A stretch of 63,239 nucleotides of DNA, filler included. It is 12 parts of 12 records of this genome, joined end to end, with 100 filler letters (N's around TTAATTAATTAA, not from the genome) between each part and the next. Parts side by side here need not be neighbours in the genome. Positions count along the whole stretch, not along the records: positions 1 to 3,797 come from SRR15195285_4659; positions 3,898 to 9,220 come from SRR15195285_4668; positions 9,321 to 15,061 come from SRR15195285_4676; 9 more parts are not named here. One strand, written 5' to 3'. Numbering within the stretch: the first letter of the stretch is position 1; each line of letters starts with the position of its first letter. Below the pieces are notes generated by a model that was not told where the DNA came from, searched no databases, and saw nothing but the letters and a program-made list of their open reading frames with translations. Positions 1 to 10,566 of this stretch are shown here, one piece after another. A program made the translations under genes and the position numbers.

Positions 1-9
1 TGTAGATCA

Positions 10-3000
10 TCATGGCAGTGATCCTAAGGGACGGACCGCCTGTTTGTTCCGGTAATACTGTAAGGCGTCTGGGTGCAACCGAAAATACCTGTCGTATGAA
101 AGAGCAATACTTATCCAACCTGCCAAAATCCAAACATAAAACGCAAAAAAAAGTTGTAGAGCTTGATGATTGGCACACCGTTCGTTTGCAGTTTCAACGT
201 TCGGCTGCAAGCATGCCAGCCACGCACAGAAAGCCAATTGAACACACAACTATTAGACAAATGGTAGTCCACATTGCGCATGCAGCACCTCTCGTGCTTT
301 GCGAGCATTCAAATACGTACAACAGTCGCATCCAGCCGCACAAACAATTTGGAAAGCGTGCCTCCGCCGAGTTTCTCCACCTGATAAACAAGGCGATCAG
401 AGTGCCCAGCCCGGAGCCAACCAATTTGATTATATCAACTAGGGCGAATGCCATTGCACTGGCGCACCATAGACCGGACTGAACATCTACAAGTTAACGC
501 ACCTTGGCCATCATCCCGTCCTTGATCAAGGGCTGCTGCTCCCATAGATCCTCCGCCAGCGATTTTGGAGTCCGTCCTCCTAACGTTGCAGCTTCCACGA
601 TCGGTTCACTAGATTCACTGCTCTCCAGTTCAGGCGTGGGCTGCGCAGAGCTGCGTTTGCCCCAAAACGACGGGCTCGCTGGATTATGTCGGCTACTCTC
701 TCCAGTGCTGATGCCTTGGCCCGGGCCAGCAGCTCCCACCTTTAGTCGGTACGAAATCGCGGCAAATCGTTTTCCGAATGCACAAGTGTGCAATACAAAG
801 AGCGTCAGTCTATCCACTGGGATGACACGAACACACGACCGTGGGAACGTGCTGAGGGCAACGCTCACGATAGGAGGGCCTTGATCGACCGACTTTGTCT
901 CTGCGTCGTCAACGCCAGAGAGCTGCCGAATGAGGTCCGAGGCGTGCAACTTTTCTTCTACCCATAACATTGCCGCAGCTGTGCTGACGCCACATGCGCC
1001 TGTCGACACCAAGGTGCGCAGGTGAGTTGGTGATACTTGCGCATTAGTTGGAAGCCGGTCTAATAGACGATACATCAGCCTGCCATAGTATGATATGGCA
1101 CAACTGACTATCTTCCGAGCGGTCAAACACGAACCTGCAACCATGGCGACCGCGTCTCGGTCCGGTGTAACGTCGGCGTCCAGCAGCCTACGTACAAGCG
1201 CAACAGATCGTAATCAACGATTGGATGTGTCGCATTCGCGGTCGAGACCGCATGTAGACCATTTTCATCAACACCCAGGCTGTGCGCTCCAGTACAACAA
1301 GGGACACGGGCCTTTGCGACTACTGTTCATTGAGCTGCACCCACACCACTTACCGCCCGAGCATGGACTCTGCCTGACCATTGATATCTGAAGAGAGACC
1401 ATCACCACTCCCAGCCTCGGCCTCAGCCTCGTTCTCGTCCTTCCCAGAGCCTGATCGAGAACTTGTCACTCTACCCTCACCGGGTGGCAGCTTGAGTTTT
1501 TGCTTCTTTTGCTCTTGTTTTTGCTGTTTCACTTTTCTGTGGGGGGGCGTTTCTGCACCGTCCTCCGACTGCTTTTTGCCAGCTGGCAGCAGCTCCGCCT
1601 CGAGCAGGCTAAGCCCAGCAATGGCTGCCGCCGCGGCAGTGTCAGAGGCATCAAGACTGGGATCTGTAGCCTCCTCCGATGCGTCTCTCCCGCTTGCCAT
1701 GGTATCACCAGCCGACGACACTGCCTGCAGCTCCGCGGGCTCTCCTTCGTCCCCTTCGTTCTCACCGTTGTCTGAAGCAGTCGCGTCAGAGTGCTCCGAG
1801 ACCTCAGAGTCGCTCCGGGCGCGTCGGCCGTCCATGAGCTGTGCGGCCTCCGTTTCCTTCAGCAGCTCCACCTAGCAGACCGACAACATCAGTCCCGCGA
1901 GTGTAAACTGACAGCATCGAATCGATTCGAGTAGAGCACACAACACAGTGTACGCACCCAGAGCTCTGCGTCTGTCGCACGCTTCTCCGCAGCGATGACT
2001 GCCTCCTTAGACTCAGCCACCTCCTGCCGCAACGCCGCAGGGGAAGCTGCAACCACCGCCGCCTCTGCTGCCAGTGCACGCCGGTCGTTCGCGTCGGCGA
2101 TTCTGCGCGCCTCTCGGACATTCTTCTCAGATTCCTTCAATTGCTCGGCAATTGCAGCCAGCGACGCCGCGGCGTCGGCAGCTGCCCGGTCACTGGCCAC
2201 TGCTGCCGCTGCACGCGTCTCCTCTGCAGCTATCGCAGCTGCTCGACCTGGCGAAATGACCGCACAGTCAGACACACAAAACAACAGCAATCAAGCACGA
2301 GGCTAAGCACTGAGCTACAGATGCATGATACATACTGATATCAGCGGCCCGAGCTTCCTCCTTCTCGCCAATCGTCGTTGATAAGGCACCTGTTAGCAGT
2401 GCCAATTACTCAATGCAACCCACCACGTGGGTTGTAGCGGCATGCATCGAGGGCACCCACGCACACGCGCACACAATACTTGCTAGCTATGCCATTGACA
2501 TCCGCGCACCCAGGCGATTCGTCAGCCAGGTCCAGTCTGACGCCTGCTCCGCAGATCCGGACAGTCCAAGCTGTTTCTCTGCTCGAGCAAGCGCTACCAT
2601 CGCGCGACGACCTGATTTGGAGGCGCGCAGCAGTTCTCCACTACCTTCTCCCGCGCGCAAGCTCGCGACCACTGTCGCCGCGGCTTTCGCTTCGGCAAGC
2701 GCAGTCTCTTCTCGCCGCGTTGCCTCCGCGAGCGCCTCCTCTAATGTTCTTTGAGTATCCGCGCCCTGCGTTGCAAGCGATTCTAATTCCGCTACACGCG
2801 CCTCGAGTGGAGCAACGCTCCCAGCGATCTTGCTGGCAGCCGCAAGCTGCTTCTTCAGCCGTCGTTCTGTCTTCGATCGTTCGGCATCTTGCGCAGTCGC
2901 AGCAGCCCTGTCATATGTTACGCCCAGTTTCAATCAGCACTGCATGGTCAACGGATGAAAGCGAGCAGTGAGCGAGGGCGCACTCAGCGGTAGCGATAGC

Positions 3001-3530
3001 TGCAGCAACCTTGGCCTTGGCACGCTCCGCCGCAAGTTGCTCCTCTGCAGCTGCAGTAGTACCAGCAGCACTTAGGCGCTGCGCTTCCGCCTTCCAATGC
3101 CGAGCGTCTGTCAACGCAGCCTCAAGCCGCGCCTCGAGATCTGCTTGCGACGCGTCTTCCGCTGGGGCACTGACGATTACCGGCACCTCGCCTGCGCCAG
3201 CAGTGCTCGGTACACTACTTGTACCTGCTCCGACCAAAATTCACCTTGGCCAGCAGCCACCGCAGTGCTGGGTTCCCATACAATGCTGATCAGTGGTCGA
3301 GAGAGATGCTGGTTGAAGGACTCTGGGTACCTGACCCATCGCCGCCGGCAGACTTCTTCGGGGTCTTCGGCTTCTTTTTCCCGACCTTTGGCGGCATTTG
3401 AAAACGAACCAGAGCGAGGAGACGAAAAGCTCACGCAGGCAGAGTCCGTCTTAATCGTGCGACATACTCACTCGAACGAATCGTCCACGGTCGATTTCCA
3501 GCGGTGACGACTCCCGCCGTGGTGTGGGCG
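10..3530 (-). CDS. Multi-exon coiled-coil protein with an acidic/low-complexity middle and a C-terminal PH-domain-like segment; 5' start unresolved
   Basis: ORF pieces 2911-3237, 2487-2933, 1889-2290, 1350-1871, 494-1144 and 10-249 join in frame through GT-AG introns. Example donors: GTGAGT 3471, GTACCC 3330, GTGCGC 2983 and 2509, GTAAGT ~1353, GTGCGT ~501. The spliced C-terminus reads LIKDGMMAKVEKLGGG...NERYFRLHPDALQYYRNKQAVRPLGSLP, which resembles PH strands beta1-beta4. Confidence 0.6.
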
Positions 3531-3797
3531 CTCCAGCGCAGCGCCGGCCCTTTCAACTGTATGTTTCGCCCGCCGCACTGTAAGTTTATCTAGTGCGACA
3601 ATTGTATGCAAGAGCCCATGTCGGGCTGCCTGGTTGTTCGCCGGTGTAGCAACGCCACCGGGTAGGAAGGATGGTCAGGGTGAGAGGAGGAACGCTCTCT
3701 ACAGCTCTATCGACGAGCTACACGCGAGCGAGCACGTCGTGGCGCGCGGTGCATGCGTAGATTAAGCGTACCTCTCCATCCGATAAGTCCGGCGTAC

Positions 3798-3897
3798 NNN
3801 NNNNNNNNNNNNNNNNNNNNNNNNNNNNNNNNNNNNNNNNNTTAATTAATTAANNNNNNNNNNNNNNNNNNNNNNNNNNNNNNNNNNNNNNNNNNNN
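3798..3897. other. Artificial contig linker (N44-TTAATTAATTAA-N44)
   Basis: Identical 100-nt spacer with a core giving stops in all six frames; it recurs 11 times in the window. Confidence 0.97.
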
Positions 3898-4045
3898 AAC
3901 CTGGGCACTGCCGTGACTAACCTCTAGCTAGTGCCACGACTCGTGCACGAGTCGCCGACTGCTCAGTGGGTACATACGATACGCCGCGCGGTACGCGCCG
4001 CGCGCGCGCGCGGCGGTACGCGTGTGTATACGTACGCAGAAGACG

Positions 4046-5477
4046 ATGGTGGGCGACGCAATGCGCAGTCCGCGCTCAGCACGGATCTTTGTGAGCAACA
4101 TCGTAACAGTCGCTTGGCTGCTAGTGGCGCTGCTGGCTCTCGTTGCGGCCGACCTGCCCGTGGCTACGGTCCTGCACGGCCAGCCGACAGCTGGCCCCGG
4201 GGCAGTGGACTGCGTGTCCTGGTGGTGCCCGCAGCTCATCGTTACCAACGACTCAACAGTCATTCTCAGCGCACAGTGTAAGTCGAATCGACGTGACAAA
4301 GGCCCCGCGCAGTACTGGATACAATCGCATGATGCTGGCAAGACCTGGACTCGTCGTGCCTTGCGACCCGTGGACCCACACGACACGGGCCAGCCTGTGT
4401 ACTCGACGCAGACTGGCACGCTCATCCAGGTTGGCAACAGTGGCGCAAAGCCAACGGCGGCGACGCCTGCGCGTTCATCGTCGGTGCAAGCGCTAATCCA
4501 ATCAGAACACGGACGCAGATCGCGAGATCACCCCGGACCAATGGACCTGGCGTGGATCCACGAGCTGCCACAGCCCGAGAGATCACAGCTGGCTCAATGC
4601 CCGAGCTACGTTTATCGCTCCACCAATGACGGCACGGACTGGAGTCAGCCTGAACTGATAATTGTCAACGGATCCTTCGGGCCACACTACGCTGGGGCAT
4701 CAATCAACCATGGGATCGAGATCCAGCGGGGACCTCATGCTGGCCGTCTCGCGCTTGCCCGTCATCTCGACGTGCCGTGTCTCAGAGCCCCTAGCGAAGA
4801 CGCAGGATACGACCGGGACTTCATCTTGTTCTCCGATGACAACGGCGCCCATTGGACTGCCGGTCAGCTACTTCCCGTCGGGTTTACTGAGACTCAGGTT
4901 GCGGAGATGCACAACGGCAGCCTGCTCCTGACGTCGCGGCTGGCTGGACGTCCGTGGTTCACTGATCCCTACGTGAAGTCCAATCCCGCCAACCGATTCC
5001 GTGCCTTCGCGCGCTCCGATGACGGAGGTGCGCGCGGCCCCTAATCGTGATCTACTAGCTACTAGCGTGTCACTGTCTGCTGATTTCATTGGACGCGTGC
5101 TAGGTATGACCTGGGCGGAGTGGTGGACGCTGCCTGGGCGGGCCGGGATGCACGAAATTGGCGTGCTCGAAGACTTCCTGAACGAGGCGCTCACCTCGAC
5201 AGCAAACGGCACGATCTACTGGGGTCATCCTCAAAACACCAGCCGCACACGCTCGAATTATACACTTCACAAGTCTCAAGATGGAGGAGGATCTTGGGAA
5301 GCTGTAAACCGTGTCTATCCACTCGGGGCGGGGTATTCAGATGCCATTGTTGTCCCCGATCCTTTGGCACCATCGGGCGAGACGCTGGTCATGGCGTTCC
5401 AGAAAACGTTCGAACCTCCGGTCCCGACCATCGAGGGTGGTGGCTACGACGTTGGGCTCGCAAGGCTTCCTCTATGA
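4046..5477 (+). CDS. Secreted BNR/Asp-box beta-propeller protein, sialidase (GH33)-like; 2 exons, intron 5028-5103
   Basis: Hydrophobic signal/anchor (VTVAWLLVALLALVAA) and five Asp boxes: SHDAGKTW, STNDGTDW, SDDNGAHW, SDDGG|MTW (rebuilt across the GTGCGC...TAG intron) and SQDGGGSW. Sialidase-like ETQVAEMHNGSLLLTSR and GYSD motifs are present. Confidence 0.85.
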
Positions 5478-5735
5478 TCTGTACCACGTGTGATCGCATG
5501 CCACGAGCGGTTCGTCTGCTTTCAATCACGAACGAACCTTCACTCGATAATTGCGCATCGCCAACGATGCTATCTACCGTGGCTCGCAAAGCACACACAC
5601 ATGTAGTGCGTTGGCTCACCCTACTCCTACTGCCGTCACTCGCGACCCCAAAGCCTTCGGCTACCCTGCTCATCGAAACAACTCATCATCGTCTAGCCTC
5701 ACCTGAGAATCCCTCATGCACTATTGACATATGCC

Positions 5736-8700
5736 CTATATCATGGCCGAGTCAAGGGCCGCCAAGTCTTCATCTCCCATACGATACCGAGCCAAGTCTT
5801 CATCTCCCATACACGGCGCCAGACACGCTGCATGACGTCCTAGCTCGACCACTGGTGCTTATTGGGCGCGCTATGGGGCCGCATTATATACCGGCAGGTA
5901 CTGGGCTAGCCGCTGGCTTGGCACGAAAGGGGCCAGAACTGCAACGCAAATGACACCCTTCTGCATTAGCAGGCGCATGGTTCTTCTCGATGTACTTTTG
6001 TTTGATCCAATAACTTGTAGCCATAGCATGTGTGTCACTTTGTTTTCCTTTTCTGTTTTGGAACCTTCGCCTTAACTGCTTGCCGCGGTTGTGCGGCCTC
6101 GTCTCCACCCTTGCTCGACACAGCTGAAGCACCAATGATCTTCTCGTGAGCATTGGTTGGTGAGCCACTACGCCTGTTCCGCCGTTGCAAGAATGTGACA
6201 TACAAACATTGCTTTCCAGGGAGAAAATTCGAAGTTCTTTTTGGCAAATCAGCGTTTAGGTTTGCAAAACCCACTGGTGTAAGATTGAACAAATTCAAGT
6301 TACCGGCGCCCCCCTAGAGGTCGTTCACGTGGCGGCGTACGGGCCAGCTTGGCGAGCAAATCTCGGTGGGAACGCTCTGCTGGAGACTGCGCGCGAAAAA
6401 AACGACTTTGCGCAGTGGTGTTGTGGGCGACCGGGATGCTCAACTTATTCGAAGCGCTTGAATCGGCTTTTCTGTACAGCACACGTATCGGTGTGAGGAG
6501 AGCACTACTGCTATTAAGTACCATCTAACCGACCTGTGTGTGTGACGATCATTTTGACTGGCTCACTTGCGGCCCTCAACGAGGCGATCGATCACAACTC
6601 CAGCAATCGAAACCATCAGCGGACCCATCAACACCCCCTGTACCGAAGCGGGGACACACACAGCAGTCGTGTCACACAACAAGCACGATGGCTCCATTCC
6701 CTGATCTAGTTGGTGGGCAACGCAAGATGTGTGTCTTGGGTTACCTGGATACCAAATTTGAACACTGCTATCATCAGGGCCAAATCCAGCACCCATACGG
6801 GAATGGCCACTTTGCCCTGCTCCATATGAAGTAGTTGCCCCCGCACAATGTCATGCAGCGTGAACAGCAACACGAAGACTGCAAGCACCTCTAGTCGGAT
6901 GAAAACCTTCATCCATGTGTCGCCAATCCACTCCGATGCGAGTATTAGCTGAACCAGTGACCAAGGCAGCACGATGATGATGCCGACGTACGGGCCAAGA
7001 ACTTGCGTAAGTGAGATGACGAAACAGAAGAAGACCATCAAGTACTTTCCCGCGATCTCAGTATTATATATGTCCTGTGATCCAATGCACACATGAATGC
7101 CAGATTTAAGAACGTTTGTGCTGCAGTCGCACAGCAATTTGAATGCGCACCGCATCCCAGAGACACTCCCGAACGAACTCGGCCGAGTCAAACACGAAAA
7201 GGGTGACCGTGCCATTGGCAAATGCCACATTGAACGGCAGGAAGAATACCTGCAAATTGCAGCGCCGCTTAGCACAGATTTACGCGTCCTCGGTCGGTCA
7301 CACCCCAGAACTTGGTGCGTTGAAGTGTGACGCATCGCGTCTCTTACCGCAGAGAAGGTCTGGCGCAATTGTGCTTTCACTTCGTGCTGAGTGTGCGCAG
7401 ACCGAACAGGGAAACCGTAGCCCACCTGTCATAAACAAAACCACACCATGTGTAAATTGAGACGGCTGCCGCAACCAACCAGATACAAGATCATGAGCTC
7501 CAAGGCAAGTGCTTTGGTACTTGCCAGAATATCAAGAGCATCCAGTTCCATGCAGGTGAACGCCGGCAAAAGCAGGAACACGAATGTAAATGTGCTGATC
7601 GCCCACTGCGACCCAACCGTCAGCACTGACAGCATGGAGTTCATCGAAAAGAACGCTGCAGAACTAACGGTGGTAACCGAAGCAAAACCGATCGCCGCCG
7701 CTGTTTCGCCCAAGTTAGAAAGAAACTCAACAGGATCTCCACCAACAACATCAGTGAACCCCTGCCAGATTGCTCCGTAATCTGCTACCTCTCCATCTCC
7801 ATCCGAATCGCTCCTTTGAAACTCAACATATGCTATGTGCAACGCCGATACTGCCGGCCACCAGCTGCTGTTCTGGTAGATAGATTCCGTGTCCGTGTAT
7901 GCCTGGCTGATCAACTGCGTGCCGTTCAGGCCCTCGTCCACAGAAGCACGAATCCCGGCCGCCACCGGCCACCAGGTCTCGTTCCTGTGACTTTCTTCGA
8001 ACGAATTGTAACCTTCATCCATTAGATTGGTCGCGTTGTAGTACAGAGTCCTGAGGAGGCTTTGTTCTGCAGTTGCACGTTGTGCAGCAGCAGCAATCGC
8101 CTGCCCTATGCCTACTGAAGTGTAGCCAAAATCGTACAGAGCGAGGCCGAACGCGATGATTGCGCCAATGCCACAGAAAAACATTGCCATGATCATGAAA
8201 AAGCAGTACGTGCCCTTGGTTGCAAATTGTTTGCAGAATGGCACCAGCAGGTCAGCAACCCAAAGACTACCGATGACCACAACAGCCCAGAAGCAAAGGC
8301 TTGCTGCGATCGTCAGGAGCCGCGCGACACTGGCAATGTGCGCCAAAACATAAAACGTGAACGCAGCAGGTGCGTTGCGAACCATCCAATTGAGAACCTT
8401 TTCGATGACACCCGTGAAAATACGACATGACTGCGCAAACACCTGCCATGGCACACGCGTTGGTGTAAGCAACCGTAGTTAACGTGAGATCGCACGATGG
8501 TAGCGGTGGCGGACCTCGAACATCGTGACGGTACCGTCGTGGTCTTGGTCGTAGTAAAAGCGAATCTCAGCTCTGATAGAGTCCTTCAATACGTGAACGA
8601 TATGTTCGCGGAGGCTTCGATTTGCGCCGCCGTCGTCCTGGTCGCGATGGTGAATCCTTACCCAGATGGAGCTCAGCAGGGCACAGCCCGTATTCTCGAG

Positions 8701-9092
8701 AGCCCAGTACACGACACCGCTGCTCAAGCCCAGACGGTGCGCATCAGCCAAGCACATACGGAATACAACACAGAATTGATTGTCAGGTACAGTGTAAGAG
8801 CGAGCAATGAGTAGAGGCCGCACGAATGCACGCTGATCTCGCGGTCGTCCTCGAGGTGCTCGATGAGTTCCTGCATCTTGCTCACGTAGAATTCTCGACC
8901 AGCCTTAAGGGCCTCGCTGAGGACAAAGGCCCACAGCGCCATCCCCGCGTAGTCGATCCACAGCTCATAGTTGACGCGGCAGAGAAACATGGCCGCGAGG
9001 CAGACAAAGGCCCCGCGGACCTGTGCCTGCACGATCACCGGCCCCAACTGCTCCGCGAGATGCTCGATCTCCTGCTCATGTTTCGAACCCAT
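5736..9092 (-). CDS. TMEM245: Multi-exon TMEM245/AI-2E-transporter-like multipass membrane protein; 3' exons tentative
   Basis: ORFs 8724-9092, 8479-8823, 7429-8472, 6706-7425 and 6563-6796 are hydrophobic, and the first three join through GT-AG introns (donors GTGCGG 8823 and GTCCGC 8514). The N-terminal ALWAFVLSEAL and C-terminal LALMIAVFKFGIQ...GVLMGPLMVSIA fit the family. The tentative last exon ends MGDEDLAALDSAMI* at 5736. Confidence 0.65.
5761..5812. repeat. Direct repeat of a 22-bp unit (GCCAAGTCTTCATCTCCCATAC) at 30-bp period, 2 copies
   Basis: Copies at 5761-5782 and 5791-5812; on the minus strand they encode MGDEDLA twice. Confidence 0.9.
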
Positions 9093-9220
9093 CGCGCTGA
9101 GAGATCAAGCTAGCTCCGCGCAGGGCCGCCACGCACGCGTGTCCAGCTAATTGACGTGCTGTGTGGCCCTCTCCATATGTCGATAAAGACGGGCGTATGG
9201 AGGGCCCATCTACATTTGCC

Positions 9221-9320
9221 NNNNNNNNNNNNNNNNNNNNNNNNNNNNNNNNNNNNNNNNNNNNTTAATTAATTAANNNNNNNNNNNNNNNNNNNNNNNN
9301 NNNNNNNNNNNNNNNNNNNN
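9221..9320. other. Artificial contig linker
   Basis: N44-TTAATTAATTAA-N44. Confidence 0.97.
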
Positions 9321-10052
9321 GGCTCAAGGACAGGCACGTACCACAATCTTGACGAGTACGGAGGAACTACTGTGACAGAAGATGGCCGTGTGCATGCGCT
9401 GGTTGAGTTCTCAGAAACTCTTCACAACCCCCACCAGCCAGGTGGAACGACTGCACCAGCAAATTTGCCCCTGTGGGGGCCCATGCTCCGAGATATAGTA
9501 CGCTGGTTCCACGTAGTCAACACAGGAGCCGATGCCTCTACACTCTCGGTATTACCGTCAACGCAGGAAACCCTGGACCTCTACACATTCATCGCCGCGG
9601 CCGAGGAGAGCAAAGCGAGGGGCGACGGGGCGACTGTAACCTTGGACGAAGTTCTGCTTCCCGCCAAAAAAGCAGCTCAGGTGGTGCTGGACCGAGAGTG
9701 GTATACGCCAGGAACCTTGAGGGCACTAGCTGGTGGACGATTGGGTGCTGCGCCGTTCCTTGCTCAGGTCACTGATGAAGAGGCTGCGATGCTCACTGGT
9801 CGAACCATTATTGATCATCGTGGTGAAAAGGTGAGCGATGAGATGGCGACGGCCGCGATTAGCGAGATTACCGAAGAGGTGAGCTGGTTTGGTGAGTCGG
9901 CAGAAGGCTTTGGCGCAGAGCCTCAGTGGTGGAAAGAGAGCGTCAACAAGCCACCTCCTGCTGTGGAGAGTGAGGCGCCCAAAAAGGACGAGCAGGAGGA
10001 GCGAGAAGACCAGGTGGTGGAAGTGGAGGTCTCACAAGTGGAGGAGCAGTGA
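9321..10052 (+). CDS. 5'-partial gene; C-terminal half of a Gfo/Idh/MocA-family oxidoreductase-like protein with an acidic extension
   Basis: The frame is open from the contig edge: GSRTGTYHNLDEYGGTT...QETLDLYTFIAAAEESKARGDGATVTLDEVL. This resembles the GRIGTFRG..YGG and EETLEIYAFMEAADESKRRGG.PVTL.EV motifs of bacterial members, recognised by eye. Confidence 0.55.
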   Translation, partial: GSRTGTYHNLDEYGGTTVTEDGRVHALVEFSETLHNPHQPGGTTAPANLPLWGPMLRDIVRWFHVVNTGADASTLSVLPSTQETLDLYTFIAAAEESKARGDGATVTLDEVLLPAKKAAQVVLDREWYTPGTLRALAGGRLGAAPFLAQVTDEEAAMLTGRTIIDHRGEKVSDEMATAAISEITEEVSWFGESAEGFGAEPQWWKESVNKPPPAVESEAPKKDEQEEREDQVVEVEVSQVEEQ

Positions 10053-10566
10053 GCGGATTGGCACACTGCGAGTTCCTTTGACGATCGAACGGCCAGTCGT
10101 CATCGTGACTATGGCGCTTCCTGTTGGAGCTCGAACTGTCACTCGATTCACTGCTTTGCACCTGAACTTCACATCCAGCTGCACAGGCATCACAGTGGAC
10201 GCCACGCTTACTCGCTTGACTACATGATCTCACCCCCTCGGAGTTCCCCTTTCCGCCAATGATCATAGTGCCAGCAGATATAGCACTACCAGTGGTACCA
10301 CCCTAAGTAGACTGCTAGCACGATGGCGTAGGACGTACAGGTAGATAGCATGGCCTCTACAGCTCGCTGCTCACAGCTTCGGCGCTGCCTCGAGCGGCAG
10401 CCCGTGACTCGGCGCAATTGGGATTTCTGCTCATCTGGAGGACGAGTTGAACGGAACAACGCTTGGAACATGGACAGAGAACATACTGACACTCCACCAG
10501 TAGTAACGACAATCATAGTAGCAGTTCTGCCACGAACGGCTGCGCATCTGCAAGGCATTCATTCAA

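Noticed and set aside
7-12. Selenocysteine or an alternative genetic code at the TGA-TGA
   Set aside because: TGA, TAA and TAG all act as normal stops in conserved genes here (USP22 TGA, aminotransferase TAA, GH30 TAG), and no SECIS can be assessed within the window.
3798-3897. TTAATTAATTAA flanked by N runs, recurring 11 times, as a biological repeat or CRISPR-like array
   Set aside because: It is an invariant 100-nt linker with stops in all frames, added when the contigs were concatenated.
5120-5953. 277-aa plus-strand ORF overlapping the end of the sialidase-like gene
   Set aside because: It is out of frame with the supported exon and has no motifs; its repeat reads better as MGDEDLA on the minus strand.
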